Positions 25,001 to 39,524 of a DNA stretch of 64,000 bases are shown in pieces. The position numbers and the translations under genes were made by a program. This DNA comes from the human T2T-CHM13v2.0 reference genome, Homo sapiens. The stretch lies in the NCBI RefSeq assembly GCF_009914755.1, contig NC_060941.1; one strand, given 5' to 3'. The notes below the pieces were generated by a model. It had not been told where the DNA came from. It did not search any database and saw only the letters and a list, made by a program, of their open reading frames with translations. The stretch's first letter is position 1. Each line of letters opens with the position of its first letter.

Positions 25001-28000
25001 ATTGCATTCAACTCACAGATTTGAACCCTCCTATGGATAGAGCATTGTTGAAACTCTCTTTTTGTGGAATCTGCAAGTGGATATGTGGACCTCTCCGAAG
25101 ATGTCTTTGGAAACGGGAATATCTTCACATAAAAACTAAACAGAAGCATTCTCAGAAACTTCTCTGTGATGTTTGTGTTCAACTCCCAGAGTTTCACGTT
25201 GCTTTTCATAGAGTAGTTCTGAAACATGCTTTTCGTAGTGTCTGCAAGTGGACATTTGGAGCGCTTTCAGGCCTGTGGTGCAAAACGAATTATGGTCCCA
25301 TAAAAACTGGAGAGAAGCATTGTCAGAAACTTCTTTGTGATGATTGCATTCAACTCACAGAGATGAAGGTTCCTTTTCAAACAGCAGTTTCCAAACAGTC
25401 TTTCTGTGGAATCTGCAAGTGGATATTTGGACCTCTTTGAAGATTTCGTTGGAAACGGGAGAATCTTCACAGAAAAGCTAAACAGAAACATTCTCAGAAA
25501 CTTCTTTGTGATGCTTGCATTCAACTCACAGAGTTAAACTTTCCTTTCGAGAGAGAAGCTTTGAAACACTCTTTTTCCAGAATCTGCAAGTGGACATTTG
25601 GAGGGCTTTGAGGCCTGTGGTGGAAAAGGAATTAACTTCCCGTAAAAGCTAGATAGAAGCATTCTCAGAAACTACTTTGTGATGATTGCATTCAAGTCAC
25701 AGAGTTGAACATTCCCTTTGACAGAGCAGTTTGGAAACTCTCTTTCTGTAGAATCTGCAAGTGGAGATATGGACCGCTTTGAGGCCTATGGTAGTAAAGG
25801 AAATAGCTTCATATAAAAGCTAGACAGTAGCATTCACAGAAAACTCTTGGTGACGACTGAGTTTAACTCACAGAGCTGAACATTCCTTTGGATGGAGCAG
25901 TTTCGAAACACACTATTTGTAGAATGTGCAAGTGGATATTTGGGCCTCTCTGAGGATTTCGTTGGAAACGGGATAAACCGCACAGAACTAAACAGAAGCA
26001 TTCTCAGAACCTTCTTCGTGATGTTTGCATTCAACTCACAGTGTTGAACCTTTCTTTGATAGTTCAGGTTTGAAACGGTCTTTCTGTAGAAACTGCAAGA
26101 AGATATTTGGACCTCTCTGAGGATTTCGTTGGAAACGGGATAAACCGCACAGAACTAAAACAGAAGCATTCTCAGAACCCTCTTCGTGATGTTTGCATTC
26201 AACTCACAGTGCTGAAACTTTCTTTGATAGTTCAGCTTTGAAACACTCTTCTTGTAGAAACTGCAAGTGGATATTTGGTCCTCTCTGAGGATTTCGTTGG
26301 AAACGGGATAAACCGCACAGAACTAAACAGAAGCATTCTCAGAACCTTCTTCGTGATGTCTGCATTCAACTCACAGTGTGGAACCTTTCTTTGATAGTTC
26401 AGGTTTGAAACACTCTTTTTGTAGAAACTGCAAGGGGATAATTGCACTTCTTTGAGGCCTACCGTAGTAAAGGAAATAACTTCCTATAGAAAGAAGACAG
26501 AAGCTTTCTCAGAAAATTCTTTGGGATGATTGAGTGGAACTCACAGAGCTGAACATTCCTTGCGATGTAGCAGTTTAGAAACACACTTTCTGCAGAATCT
26601 GCAAGTGCATATTTGGACCTCTCTGAGGAATTCGTTGGAAACGGGATAATTTCAGCTGACTAAACAGAAGCAGTCTCAGAATCTTCTTTGTGATGTTTGC
26701 ATTCAAATCCCAGAGTTGAACTTTCCTTTCAAAGTTCACGTTTGAAACACTCTTTTTGCAGGATCTACAAGTGGATATTTGGACCACTCTGTGTCCTTCG
26801 TTCGAAACGGGTATATCTTCACATGACATCTCGACAGAAGCATTCTCAGAAGCTTCTCTGTGATGACTGCATTCAACTCACGGAGTTGAACACTCCTTTT
26901 GAGAGCGCAGTTTTGAAACTCTCTTTCTGTGGCATCTGCAAGGGGACATGTAGACCTCTTTGAAGATTTCGTTGGAAACGGAATCATCTTCACATAAAAA
27001 CTATACAGATGCATTCTCAGGAACTTTTTGGTGATGTTTGTATTCAACTCCCAGAGTTGAACTTTCATTTGGAAAGAGCAGCTATGAAACACTCTTTTTC
27101 TAGAATCTGCAAGTGGACGTTTGGAGGGCTTTGTGGTTTGTGGTGGAAAAGGAAATATCTTCACCTAAATACTAGATAGAAGCATTCTCAGAAACTGCTT
27201 TGTGATGATTGCATTCACCTCACAGAGTTGAACATTCCTATTGATAGAGCAGTTTGGAAACACTCTTGTTGTGGAATGTGCAAGTGGAGATTTGGAGCGC
27301 TTTGAGGCCTATGGTAGTAAAGGGAATAGCTTCATAGAAAAACTAGACAGAAGCATTCTCAGAAAATACTTTGTGATGATTGAGTTTAACTCACAGAGCT
27401 GAACATTCCTTTGGATGGAGCAGGTTTGAGACACACTTTTTGTAGAATCTACAAGTGGATATTTGGACCTCTCTGAGGATTTCGTTGGAAACGCGATAAC
27501 TGCACCTAACTAAACGGAAGCATTCTCAGAAACTTCTTGGTGATGTTTGCATTCAAATCCCAGAGTTGAACCTTCCTGTGATAGTTCAGGTTTGAAACAC
27601 TCTTTTTGTAGGATCTGCAAGTGGATATTTGGACCACTCTGTGGCCTTCGTTCGAAACGGGTACATCTTCACATAAAATCTAGACAGAAGCCTTCTCAGA
27701 AACTTCTCTGTGATGATTGCATTCAACTCACAGATTTGAACCCTCCTATGGATAGAGCATTGTTGAAACTCTCTTTTTGTGGAATCTGCAAGTGGATATG
27801 TGGACCTCTCCGAAGATGTCTTTGGAAACGGGAATATCTTCACATAAAAACTAAACAGAAGCATTCTCAGAAACTTCTCTGTGATGTTTGTGTTCAACTC
27901 CCAGAGTTTCACGTTGCTTTTCATAGAGTAGTTCTGAAACATGCTTTTCGTAGTGTCTGCAAGTGGACATTTGGAGCGCTTTCAGGCCTGTGGTGCAAAA

Positions 28001-31000
28001 CGAATTATGGTCCCATAAAAACTGGAGAGAAGCATTGTCAGAAACTTCTTTGTGATGATTGCATTCAACTCACAGAGATGAAGGTTCCTTTTCAAACAGC
28101 AGTTTCCAAACAGTCTTTCTGTGGAATCTGCAAGTGGATATTTGGACCTCTTTGAAGATTTCGTTGGAAACGGGAGAATCTTCACAGAAAAGCTAAACAG
28201 AAACATTCTCAGAAACTTCTTTGTGATGCTTGCATTCAACTCACAGAGTTGAACTTTCCTTTCGAGAGAGAAGCTTTGAAACACTCTTTTTCCAGAATCT
28301 GCAAGTGGACATTTGGAGGGCTTTGAGGCCTGTGGTGGAAAAGGAATTAACTTCCCGTAAAAGCTAGATAGAAGCATTCTCAGAAACTACTTTGTGATGA
28401 TTGCATTCAAGTCACAGAGTTGAACATTCCCTTTGACAGAGCAGTTTGGAAACTCTCTTTCTGTAGAATCTGCAAGTGGAGATATGGACCGCTTTCAGGC
28501 CTATGGTAGTAAAGGAAATAGCTTCATATAAAAGCTAGACAGTAGCATTCACAGAAAACTCTTGGTGACGACTGAGTTTAACTCACAGAGCTGAACATTC
28601 CTTTGGATGGAGCAGTTTCGAAACACACTATTTGTAGAATGTGCAAGTGGATATTTGGGCCTCTCTGAGGATTTCGTTGGAAACGGGATAAACCGCACAG
28701 AACTAAACAGAAGCATTCTCAGAACCTTCTTCGTGATGTTTGCATTCAACTCACAGTGTTGAACCTTTCTTTGATAGTTCAGGTTTGAAACGGTCTTTCT
28801 GTAGAAACTGCAAGAAGATATTTGGACCTCTCTGAGGATTTCGTTGGAAACGGGATAAACCGCACAGAACTAAAACAGAAGCATTCTCAGAACCCTCTTC
28901 GTGATGTTTGCATTCAACTCACAGCGATGAAACTTTCTTTGATAGTTCAGCTTTGAAACACTCTTCTTGTAGAAACTGCAAGTGGATATTTGGTCCTCTC
29001 TGAGGATTTCGTTGGAAACGGGATAAACCGCACAGAACTAAACAGAAGCATTCTCAGAACCTTCTTCGTGATGTCTGCATTCAACTCACAGTGTGGAACC
29101 TTTCTTTGATAGTTCAGGTTTGAAACACTCTTTTTGTAGAAACTGCAAGGGGATAATTGCACTTCTTTGAGGCCTACCGTAGTAAAGGAAATAACTTCCT
29201 ATAGAAAGAAGACAGAAGCTTTCTCAGAAAATTCTTTGGGTTGATTGAGTGGAACTCACAGAGCTGAACATTCCTTGCGATGTAGCAGTTTAGAAACACA
29301 CTTTCTGCAGAATCTGCAAGTGCATATTTGGACCTCTCTGAGGAATTCGTTGGAAACGGGATAATTTCAGCTGACTAAACAGAAGCAGTCTCAGAATCTT
29401 CTTTGTGATGTTTGCATTCAAATCCCAGAGTTGAACTTTCCTTTCAAAGTTCACGTTTGAAACACTCTTTTTGCAGGATCTACAAGTGGATATTTGGACC
29501 ACTCTGTGTCCTTCGTTCGAAACGGGTATATCTTCACATGACATCTAGACAGAAGCATTCTCAGAAGCTTCTCTGTGATGACTGCATTCAACTCACGGAG
29601 TTGAACACTCCTTTTGAGAGCGCAGTTTTGAAACTCTCTTTCTGTGGCATCTGCAAGGGGACATGTAGACCTCTTTGAAGATTTCGTTGGAAACGGAATC
29701 ATCTTCACATAAAAACTATACAGATGCATTCTCAGGAACTTTTTGGTGATGTTTGTATTCAACTCCCAGAGTTGAACTTTCCTTTGGAAAGAGCAGCTAT
29801 GAAACACTCTTTTTCTAGAATCTGGAAGTGGACGTTTGGAGGGCTTTGTGGTTTGTGGTGGAAAAGGAAATATCTTCACCTAAATACTAGATAGAAGCAC
29901 TCTCAGAAACTGCTTTGTGATGATTGCATTCACCTCACAGAGTTGAACATTCCTATTGATAGAGCAGTTTGGAAAAACTCTTGTTGTGGAATGTGCAAGT
30001 GGAGATTTGGAGCGCTTTGAGGCCTATGGTAGTAAAGGGAATAGCTTCATAGAAAAACTAGACAGAAGCATTCTCAGAAAATACTTTGTGATGATTGAGT
30101 TTAACTCACAGAGCTGAACATTCCTTTGGATGGAGCAGGTTTGAGACACACTTTTTGTAGAATCTACAAGTGGATATTTGGACCTCTCTGAGAATTTCGT
30201 TGGAAACGCGATAACTGCACCTAATTAAACGGAAGCATTCTCAGAAACTTCTTGGTGATGTTTGCATTCAAATCCCCGAGTTGAACCTTCCTGTGATAGT
30301 TCAGGTTTGAAACACTCTTTTTGTAGGATCTGCAAGTGGATATTTGGACCACTCTGTGGCCTTCGTTCGAAACGGGTACATCTTCACATAAAATCTAGAC
30401 AGAAGCCTTCTCAGAAACTTCTCTGTGATGATTGCATTCAACTCACAGATTTGAACCCTCCTATGGATAGAGCATTGTTGAAACTCTCTTTTTGTGGAAT
30501 CTGCAAGTGGATATGTGGACCTCTCCGAAGATGTCTTTGGAAACGGGCATATCTTCACATAAAAACTAAACAGAAGCATTCTCAGAAACTTCTCTGTGAT
30601 GTTTGTGTTCAACTCCCAGAGTTTCACATTGCTTTTCATAGAGTAGTTCTGAAACATGCTTTTCGTAGTGTCTGCAAGTGGACATTTGGAGTGCTTTCAG
30701 GCCTGTGGTGGAAAACGAATTATGGTCCCATAAAAACTGGAGAGAAGCATTGTCAGAAACTTCTTTGTGATGATTGCATTCAACTCACAGAGATGAAGGT
30801 TCCTTTACAAACAGCAGTTTCCAAACACTCTTTCTGTGGAATCTGCAAGTGGATATTTGGACCTCTTTGAAGATTTCGTTGGAAACGGGAGAATCTTCAC
30901 AGAAAAGCTAAACAGAAGCATTCTCAGAAACTTCTTTGTGATGCTTGCATTCAACTCACAGAGTTGAACTTTCCTTTCGAGAGAGAAGCTTTGAAACACT

Positions 31001-32057
31001 CTTTTTCCAGAATCTGCAAGTGGACATTTGGAGGGCTTTGAGGCCTGTGGTGGAAAAGGAATTAACTTCCCGTAAAAGCTAGATAGAAGCATTCTCAGAA
31101 ACTACTTTGTGATGATTGCATTCAAGTCACAGAGTTGAACATTCCCTTTGACAGAGCAGTTTGGAAACTCTCTTTGTGTAGAATCTGCAAGTGGAGATAT
31201 GGACCGCTTTGAGGCCTATGGTAGTAAAGGAAATAGCTTCATATAAAAGCTAGACAGTAGCATTCACAGAAAACTCTTGGTGACGACTGAGTTTAACGCA
31301 CAGAGCTGAACATTCCTTTGGATGGAGCAGTTTCGAAACACACTATATGTAGAATGTGCAAGTGGATATTTGGGCCTCTCTGAGGATTTCGTTGGAAACG
31401 GGATAAACCGCACAGAACTAAACAGAAGCATTCTCAGAACCTTCTTCGTGATGTTTGCATTCAACTCACAGTGTTGAACCTTTCTTTGATAGTTCAGGTT
31501 TGAAACGGTCTTTCTGTAGAAACTGCAAGTAGATATTTGGACCTCTCTGAGTATTTCGTTGGAAACGGGATAAACCGCACAGAACTAAAACAGAAGCATT
31601 CTCAGAACCCTCTTCGTGATGTTTGCATTCAACTCACAGTGCTGAACCTTTCTTTGATAGTTCAGCTTTGAAACACTCTTCTTGTAGAAACTGCAAGTGG
31701 ATATTTGGTCCTCTCTGAGGATTTCGTTGGAAACGGGATAAACCGCACAGAACTAAACAGAAGCATTCTCAGAACCTTCTTCGTGATGTCTGCATTCAAC
31801 TCACAGTGTGGAACCTTTCTTTGATAGTTCAGGTTTGAAACACTCTTTTTGTAGAAACTGCAAGGGGATAATTGCACTTCTTTGAGGCCTACCGTAGTAA
31901 AGGAAATAACTTCCTATAGAAAGAAGACAGAAGCTTTCTCAGAAAATTCTTTGGGATGATTGAGTGGAACTCACAGAGCTGAACATTCCTTGTAATGTAG
32001 CAGTTTAGAAACACACTTTCTGCAGAATCTGCAAGTGCATATTTGGACCTCTCTGAG
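13053..32057 (+). repeat. HOR units 6-12: seven consecutive 16-mers
   Basis: Unit starts at 13053, 15768, 18483, 21198, 23913, 26628, 29343, all 2,715 apart. EcoRI is mutated to TAATTC at 15768 and 23913. Confidence 0.94.
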
Positions 32058-34262
32058 GAATTCGTTGGAAACGGGATAATTTCAGCTGACTAAACAGAAG
32101 CAGTCTCAGAATCTTCTTTGTGATGTTTGCATTCAAATCCCAGAGTTGAACTTTCCTTTCAAAGTTCACGTTTGAAACACTCTTTTTGCAGGATCTACAA
32201 GTGGATATTTGGACCACTCTGTGTCCTTCGTTCGAAACGGGTATATCTTCACATGACATCTAGACAGAAGCATTCTCAGAAGCTTCTCTGTGATGACTGC
32301 ATTCAACTCACGGAGTTGAACACTCCTTTTGAGAGCGCAGTTTTGAAACTCTCTTTCTGTGGCATCTGCAAGGGGACATGTAGACATCTTTGAAGATTTC
32401 GTTGGAAACGGAATCATCTTCACATAAAAACTATACAGATGCATTCTCAGGAACTTTTGGTGACGTTTGTATTCAACTCCCAGAGTTGAACTTTCCTTTG
32501 GAAAGAGCAGCTATGAAACACTCTTTTTCTAGAATCTGCAAGTGGACGTTTGGAGGGCTTTGTGGTTTGTGGTGGAAAAGGAAATATCTTCACCTAAATA
32601 CTAGATGGAAGCATTCTCAGAAACTTCTTGGTGATGTTTGCATTCAAATCCCAGAGTTGAACCTTCCTTTGATAGTTCAGGTTTGAAACACTCTTTTTGT
32701 AGGATCTGCAAGTGGATATTTGGACCACTCTGTGGCCTTCGTTCGAAACGGGTACATCTTCACATAAAATCTAGACAGAAGCCTTCTCAGAAACTTCTCT
32801 GTGATGATTGCATTCAACTCACAGAGTTGAACCCTCCTATGGATAGAGCATTGTTGAAACTCTCTTTTTGTGGAATCTGCAAGTGGATATGTGGACCTCT
32901 CCGAAGATGTCTTTGGAAACGGGAATATCTTCACATAAAAACTAAACAGAAGCATTCTCAGAAACTTCTCTGTGATGTTTGTGTTCAACTCCCAGAGTTT
33001 CACATTGCTTTTCATAGAGTAGTTCTGAAACATGCTTTTCGTAGTGTCTGCAAGTGGACATTTGGAGCGCTTTCAGGCCTGTGGTGGAAAACGAATTATG
33101 GTCCCATAAAAACTGGAGAGAAGCATTGTCAGAAACTTCTTTGTGATGATTGCATTCAACTCACAGAGATGAAGGTTCCTTTACATACAGCAGTTTCCAA
33201 ACACCCTTTCTGTGGAATCTGCAAGTGGATATTTGGACCTCTTTGAAGATTTCGTTGGAAACGGGAGAATCTTCACAGAAAAGCTAAACAGAAGCATTCT
33301 CAGAAACTACTTTGTGATGATTGCATTCAAGTCACAGAGTTGAACATTCCCTTTGACAGAGCAGTTTGGAAACTCTCTTTGTGTAGAATCTGCAAGTGGA
33401 GATATGGACCGCTTTGAGGCCTATGGTAGTAAAGGAAATAGCTTCATATAAAAGCTAGACAGTAGCATTCACAGAAAACTCTTGGTGACGACTGAGTTTA
33501 ACTCACAGAGCTGAACTTTCCTTTGGATGGAGCAGTTTCGAAACACACTATTTGTAGAATGTGCAAGTGGATATTTGGGCCTCTCTGAGGATTTCGTTGG
33601 AAACGGGATAAACCGCACAGAACTAAACAGAAGCATTCTCAGAACCTTCTTCGTGATGTTTGCATTCAACTCACAGTGTTGAACCTTTCTTTGATAGTTC
33701 AGGTTTGAAACGGTCTTTCTGTAGAAACTGCAAGTAGATATTTGGACCTCTCTGAGGATTTCGTTGGAAACGGGATAAACCGCACAGAACTAAAACAGAA
33801 GCATTCTCAGAACCCTCTTCGTGATGTTTGCATTCAACTCACAGTGCTGAACCTTTCTTTGATAGTTCAGCTTTGAAACACTCTTCTTGTAGAAACTGCA
33901 AGTGGATATTTGGTCCTCTCTGAGGATTTCGTTGGAAACGGGATAAACCGCACAGAACTAAACAGAAGCATTCTCAGAACCTTCTTCGTGATGTCTGCAT
34001 TCAACTCACAGTGTGGAACCTTTCTTTGATAGTTCAGGTTTGAAACACTCTTTTTGTAGAAACTGCAAGGGGATAATTGCACTTCTTTGAGGCCTACCGT
34101 AGTAAAGGAAATAACTTCCTATAGAAAGAAGACAGAAGCTTTCTCAGAAAATTCTTTGGGATGATTGAGTGGAACTCACAGAGCTGAACATTCCTTGCGA
34201 TGTAGCAGTTTAGAAACACACTTTCTGCAGAATCTGCAAGTGCATATTTGGACCTCTCTGAG
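32058..34262 (+). repeat. HOR unit 13: 13-mer, delta-E,F plus delta-K (2,205 bp)
   Basis: 510 bp shorter = 338 + 1 + 171; junctions at 32606/32607 and within 33290-33308. Confidence 0.9.
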
Positions 34263-36810
34263 GAATTCGTTGGAAACGGGATAATTTCAGCTGACTAAAC
34301 AGAAGCAGTCTCAGAATCTTCTTTGTGATGTTTGCATTCAAATCCCAGAGTTGAACTTTCCTTTCAAAGTTCACGTTTGAAACACTCTTTTTGCAGGATC
34401 TACAAGTGGATATTTGGACCACTCTGTGTCCTTCGTTCGAAACGGGTATATCTTCACATGACATCTAGACAGAAGCATTCTCAGAAGCTTCTCTGTGATG
34501 ACTGCATTCAACTCACGGAGTTGAACACTCCTTTTGAGAGCGCAGTTTTGAAACTCTCTTTCTGTGGCATCTGCAAGGGGACATGTAGACCTCTTTGAAG
34601 ATTTCGTTGGAAACGGAATCATCTTCACATAAAAACTATACAGATGCATTCTCAGGAACTTTTTGGTGATGTTTGTATTCAACTCCCAGAGTTGAACTTT
34701 CCTTTGGAAAGAGCAGCTATGAAACACTCTTTTTCTAGAATCTGCAAGTGGACGTTTGGAGGGCTTTGTGGTTTGTGGTGGAAAAGGAAATATCTTCACC
34801 TAAATACTAGATAGAAGCATTCTCAGAAACTACTTTGTGATGATTGCATTAACCTCACAGAGTTGAACATTCCTATTGATAGAGCAGTTTGGAAACACTC
34901 TTGTTGTGGAATGTGCAAGTGGAGATTTGGAGCGCTTTGAGGCCTATGGTAGTAAAGGGAATAGCTTCATAGAAAAACTAGACAGAAGCATTCTCAGAAA
35001 ATACTTTGTGATGATTGAGTTTAACTCACAGAGCTGAACATTCCTTTGGATGGAGCAGGTTTGAGACACACTTTTTGTAGAATCTACAAGTGGATATTTG
35101 GACCTCTCTGAGGATTTCGTTGGAAACGCGATAACTGCACCTAACTAAACGGAAGCATTCTCAGAAACTTCTTGGTGATGTTTGCATTCAAATCCCAGAG
35201 TTGAACCTTCCTGTGATAGTTCAGGTTTGAAACACTCTTTTTGTAGGATCTGCAAGTGGATATTTGGACCACTCTGTGGCCTTCGTTCCAAACGGGTACA
35301 TCTTCACATAAAATCTAGACAGAAGACTTCTCAGAACCTTCTCTGTGATGATTGCATTCAACTCACAAATTTGAACCCTCCTATGGATAGAACAGTGTTG
35401 AAACTCTCTTTTTGTGGAATCTGCAAGTGGATATGTGGACCTCTCCGAAGATGTCTTTGGAAACGGGAATATCTTCACCTAAAAACTAAACAGAAGCATT
35501 CTCAGAAACTTCTCTGTGATGTTTGTGTTCAACTCCCAGAGTTTCACATTGCTTTTCATAGAGTAGTTCTGAAACATGCTTTTCGTAGTGTCTGCAAGTG
35601 GACATTTGGAGCGCTTCCAGGCCTGTGGTGGAAAACGAATTATGGTCCCATAAAAACTGGAGAGAAGCATTGTCAGAAACTTCTTTGTGATGATTGCATT
35701 CAACTCACAGAGATGAAGGTTCCTTTTCAAACAGCAGTTTCCAAACAGTCTTTCTGTGGAATCTGCAAGTGGATATTTGGACCTCTTTGAAGATTTCGTT
35801 GGAAACGGGAGAATCTTCACAGAAAAGCTAAACAGAAACATTCTCAGAAACTTCTTTGTGATGCTTGCATTCAACTCACAGAGTTGAACTTTCCTTTCGA
35901 GAGAGAAGCTTTGAAACACTCTTTTTCCAGAATCTGCAAGTGGACATTTGGAGGGCTTTGAGGCCTGTGGTGGAAAAGGAATTAACTTCCCGTAAAAGCT
36001 AGATAGAAGCATTCTCAGAAACTACTTTGTGATGATTGCATTCAAGTCACAGAGTTGAACATTCCCTTTGACAGAGCAGTTTGGAAACTCTCTTTGTGTA
36101 GAATCTGCAAGTGGAGATATGGACCGCTTTGAGGCCTATGGTAGTAAAGGAAATAGCTTCATATAAAAGCTAGACAGTAGCATTCACAGAAAACTCTTGG
36201 TGACGACTGAGTTTAACTCACAGAGCTGAACATTCCTTTGGATGGAGCAGTTTCGAAACACACTATTTGTAGAATGTGCAAGTGGATATTTGGGCCTCTC
36301 TGAGGATTTCGTTGGAAACGGGATAAACCGCACAGAACTAAAACAGAAGCATTCTCAGAACCCTCTTCGTGATGTTTGCATTCAACTCACAGCGCTGAAA
36401 CTTTCTTTGATAGTTCAGCTTTGAAACACTCTTCTTGTAGAAACTGCAAGTGGATATTTGGTCCTCTCTGAGGATTTCGTTGGAAACGGGATAAACCGCA
36501 CAGAACTAAACAGAAGCATTCTCAGAACCTTCTTCGTGATGTCTGCATTCAACTCACAGTGTGGAACCTTTCTTTGATAGTTCAGGTTTGAAACACTCTT
36601 TTTGTAGAAACTGCAAGGGGATAATTGCACTTCTTTGAGGCCTACCGTAGTAAAGGAAATAACTTCCTATAGAAAGAAGACAGAAGCTTTCTCAGAAAAT
36701 TCTTTGGGATGATTGAGTGGAACTCACAGAGCTGAACATTCCTTGCGATGTGGCAGTTTAGAAACACACTTTCTGCAGAATCTGCAAGTGCATATTTGGA
36801 CCTCTCCGAG
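34263..36810 (+). repeat. HOR unit 14: 15-mer, delta-N
   Basis: 2,548 bp; junction within 36295-36342. Confidence 0.92.
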
Positions 36811-39524
36811 GAATTCGTTGGAAACGGGATAATTTCAGCTGACTAAACAGAAGCAGTCTCAGAATCTTCTTTGTGGTGTTTGCATTCAAATCCCAGAGTT
36901 GAACTTTCCTTTCAAAGTTCACGTTTGAAACACTCTTTTTGCAGGATCTACAAGTGGATATTTGGACCACTCTGTGTCCTTCGTTCGAAACGGGTATATC
37001 TTCACATGACATCTCGACAGAAGCATTCTCAGAAGCTTCTCTGTGATGACTGCATTCAACTCACGGAGTTGATCACTCCTTTTGAGAGCGCAGTTTTGAA
37101 ACTCTCTTTCTGTGGCATCTGCAAGGGGACATGTAGACCTCTTTGAAGATTTCGTTGGAAACGGAATCATCTTCACATAAAAACTATACAGATGCATTCT
37201 CAGGAACTTTTTGGTGATGTTTGTATTCAACTCCCAGAGTTGAACTTTCCTTTGGAAAGAGCAGCTATGAAACACTCTTTTTCTAGAATCTGCAAGTGGA
37301 CGTTTGGAGGGCTTTGTGGTTTGTGGTGGAAAAGGAAATATCTTCACCTAAATACTAGATAGAAGCATTCTCAGAAACTGCTTTGTGATGATTGCATTCA
37401 CCTCACAGAGTTGAACATTCCTATTGATAGAGCAGTTTGGAAACACTCTTGTTGTGGAATGTGCAAGTGGAGATTTGGAGCGCTTTGAGGCCTATGGTAG
37501 TAAAGGGAATAGCTTCATAGAAAAACTAGACAGAAGCATTCTCAGAAAATACTTTGTGATGATTGAGTTTAACTCACAGAGCTGAACATTCCTTTGGATG
37601 GAGCAGGTTTGAGACACACTTTTTGTAGAATCTACAAGTGGATATTTGGACCTCTCTGAGGATTTCGTTGGAAACGCGATAACTGCACCTAACTAAACGG
37701 AAGCATTCTCAGAAACTTCTTGGTGATGTTTGCATTCAAATCCCAGAGTTGAACCTTCCTGTGATAGTTCAGGTTTGAAACACTCTTTTTGTAGGATCTG
37801 CAAGTGGATATTTGGACCACTCTGTGGCCTTCGTTCGAAACGGTACATCTTCACATAAAATCTAGACAGAAGCCTTCTCAGAAACTTCTCTGTGATGATT
37901 GCATTCAACTCACAGATTTGAACCCTCCTATGGATAGAGCATTGTTGAAACTCTCTTTTTGTGGAATCTGCAAGTGGATATGTGGACCTCTCCGAAGATG
38001 TCTTTGGAAACGGGAATATCTTCACATAAAAACTAAACAGAAGCATTCTCAGAAACTTCTCTGTGATGTTTGTGTTCAACTCCCAGAGTTTCACATTGCT
38101 TTTCATAGAGTAGTTCTGAAACATGCTTTTCGTAGTGTCTGCAAGTGGACATTTGGAGCGCTTTCAGGCCTGTGGTGCAAAACGAATTATGGTCCCATAA
38201 AAACTGGAGAGAAGCATTGTCAGAAACTTCTTTGTGATGATTGCATTCAACTCACAGAGATGAAGGTTCCTTTTCAAACAGCAGTTTCCAAACAGTCTTT
38301 CTGTGGAATCTGCAAGTGGATATTTGGACCTCTTTGAAGATTTCGTTGGAAACGGGAGAATCTTCACAGAAAAGCTAAACAGAAACATTCTCAGAAACTT
38401 CTTTGTGATGCTTGCATTCAACTCACAGAGTTGAACTTTCCTTTCGAGAGAGAAGCTTTGAAACACTCTTTTTCCAGAATCTGCAAGTGGACATTTGGAG
38501 GGCTTTGAGGCCTGTGGTGGAAAAGGAATTAACTTCCCGTAAAAGCTAGATAGAACCATTCTCAGAAACTACTTTGTGATGATTGCATTCAAGTCACAGA
38601 GTTGAACATTCCCTTTGACAGAGCAGTTTGGAAACTCTCTTTGTGTAGAATCTGCAAGTGGAGATATGGACCGCTTTGAGGCCTATGGTAGTAAAGGAAA
38701 TAGCTTCATATAAAAGCTAGACAGTAGCATTCACAGAAAACTCTTGGTGACGACTGAGTTTAACTCACAGAGCTGAACATTCCTTTGGATGGAGCAGTTT
38801 CGAAACACACTATTTGTAGAATGTGCAAGTGGATATTTGGGCCTCTCTGAGGATTTCGTTGGAAACGGGATAAACCGCACAGAACTAAACAGAAGCATTC
38901 TCAGAACCTTCTTCGTGATGTTTGCATTCAACTCACAGTGTTGAACCTTTCTTTGATAGTTCAGGTTTGAAACGGTCTTTCTGTAGAAACTGCAAGAAGA
39001 TATTTGGACCTCTCTGAGGATTTCGTTGGAAACGGGATAAACCGCACAGAACTAAAACAGAAGCATTCTCAGAACCCTCTTCGTGATGTTTGCATTCAAC
39101 TCACAGCGCTGAAACTTTCTTTGATAGTTCAGCTTTGAAACACTCTTCTTGTAGAAACTGCAAGTGGATATTTGGTCCTCTCTGAGGATTTCGTTGGAAA
39201 CGGGATAAACCGCACAGAACTAAACAGAAGCATTCTCAGAACCTTCTTCGTGATGTCTGCATTCAACTCACAGTGTGGAACCTTTCTTTGATAGTTCAGG
39301 TTTGAAACACTCTTTTTGTAGAAACTGCAAGGGGATAATTGCACTTCTTTGAGGCCTACCGTAGTAAAGGAAATAACTTCCTATAGAAAGAAGACAGAAG
39401 CTTTCTCAGAAAATTCTTTGGGTTGATTGAGTGGAACTCACAGAGCTGAACATTCCTTGCGATGTAGCAGTTTAGAAACACACTTTCTGCAGAATCTGCA
39501 AGTGCATATTTGGACCTCTCTGAG
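36811..39524 (+). repeat. HOR unit 15: 16-mer with 1-bp deletion (2,714 bp)
   Basis: CGGG to CGG at ~37842, inside the monomer G CENP-B box. Confidence 0.9.
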
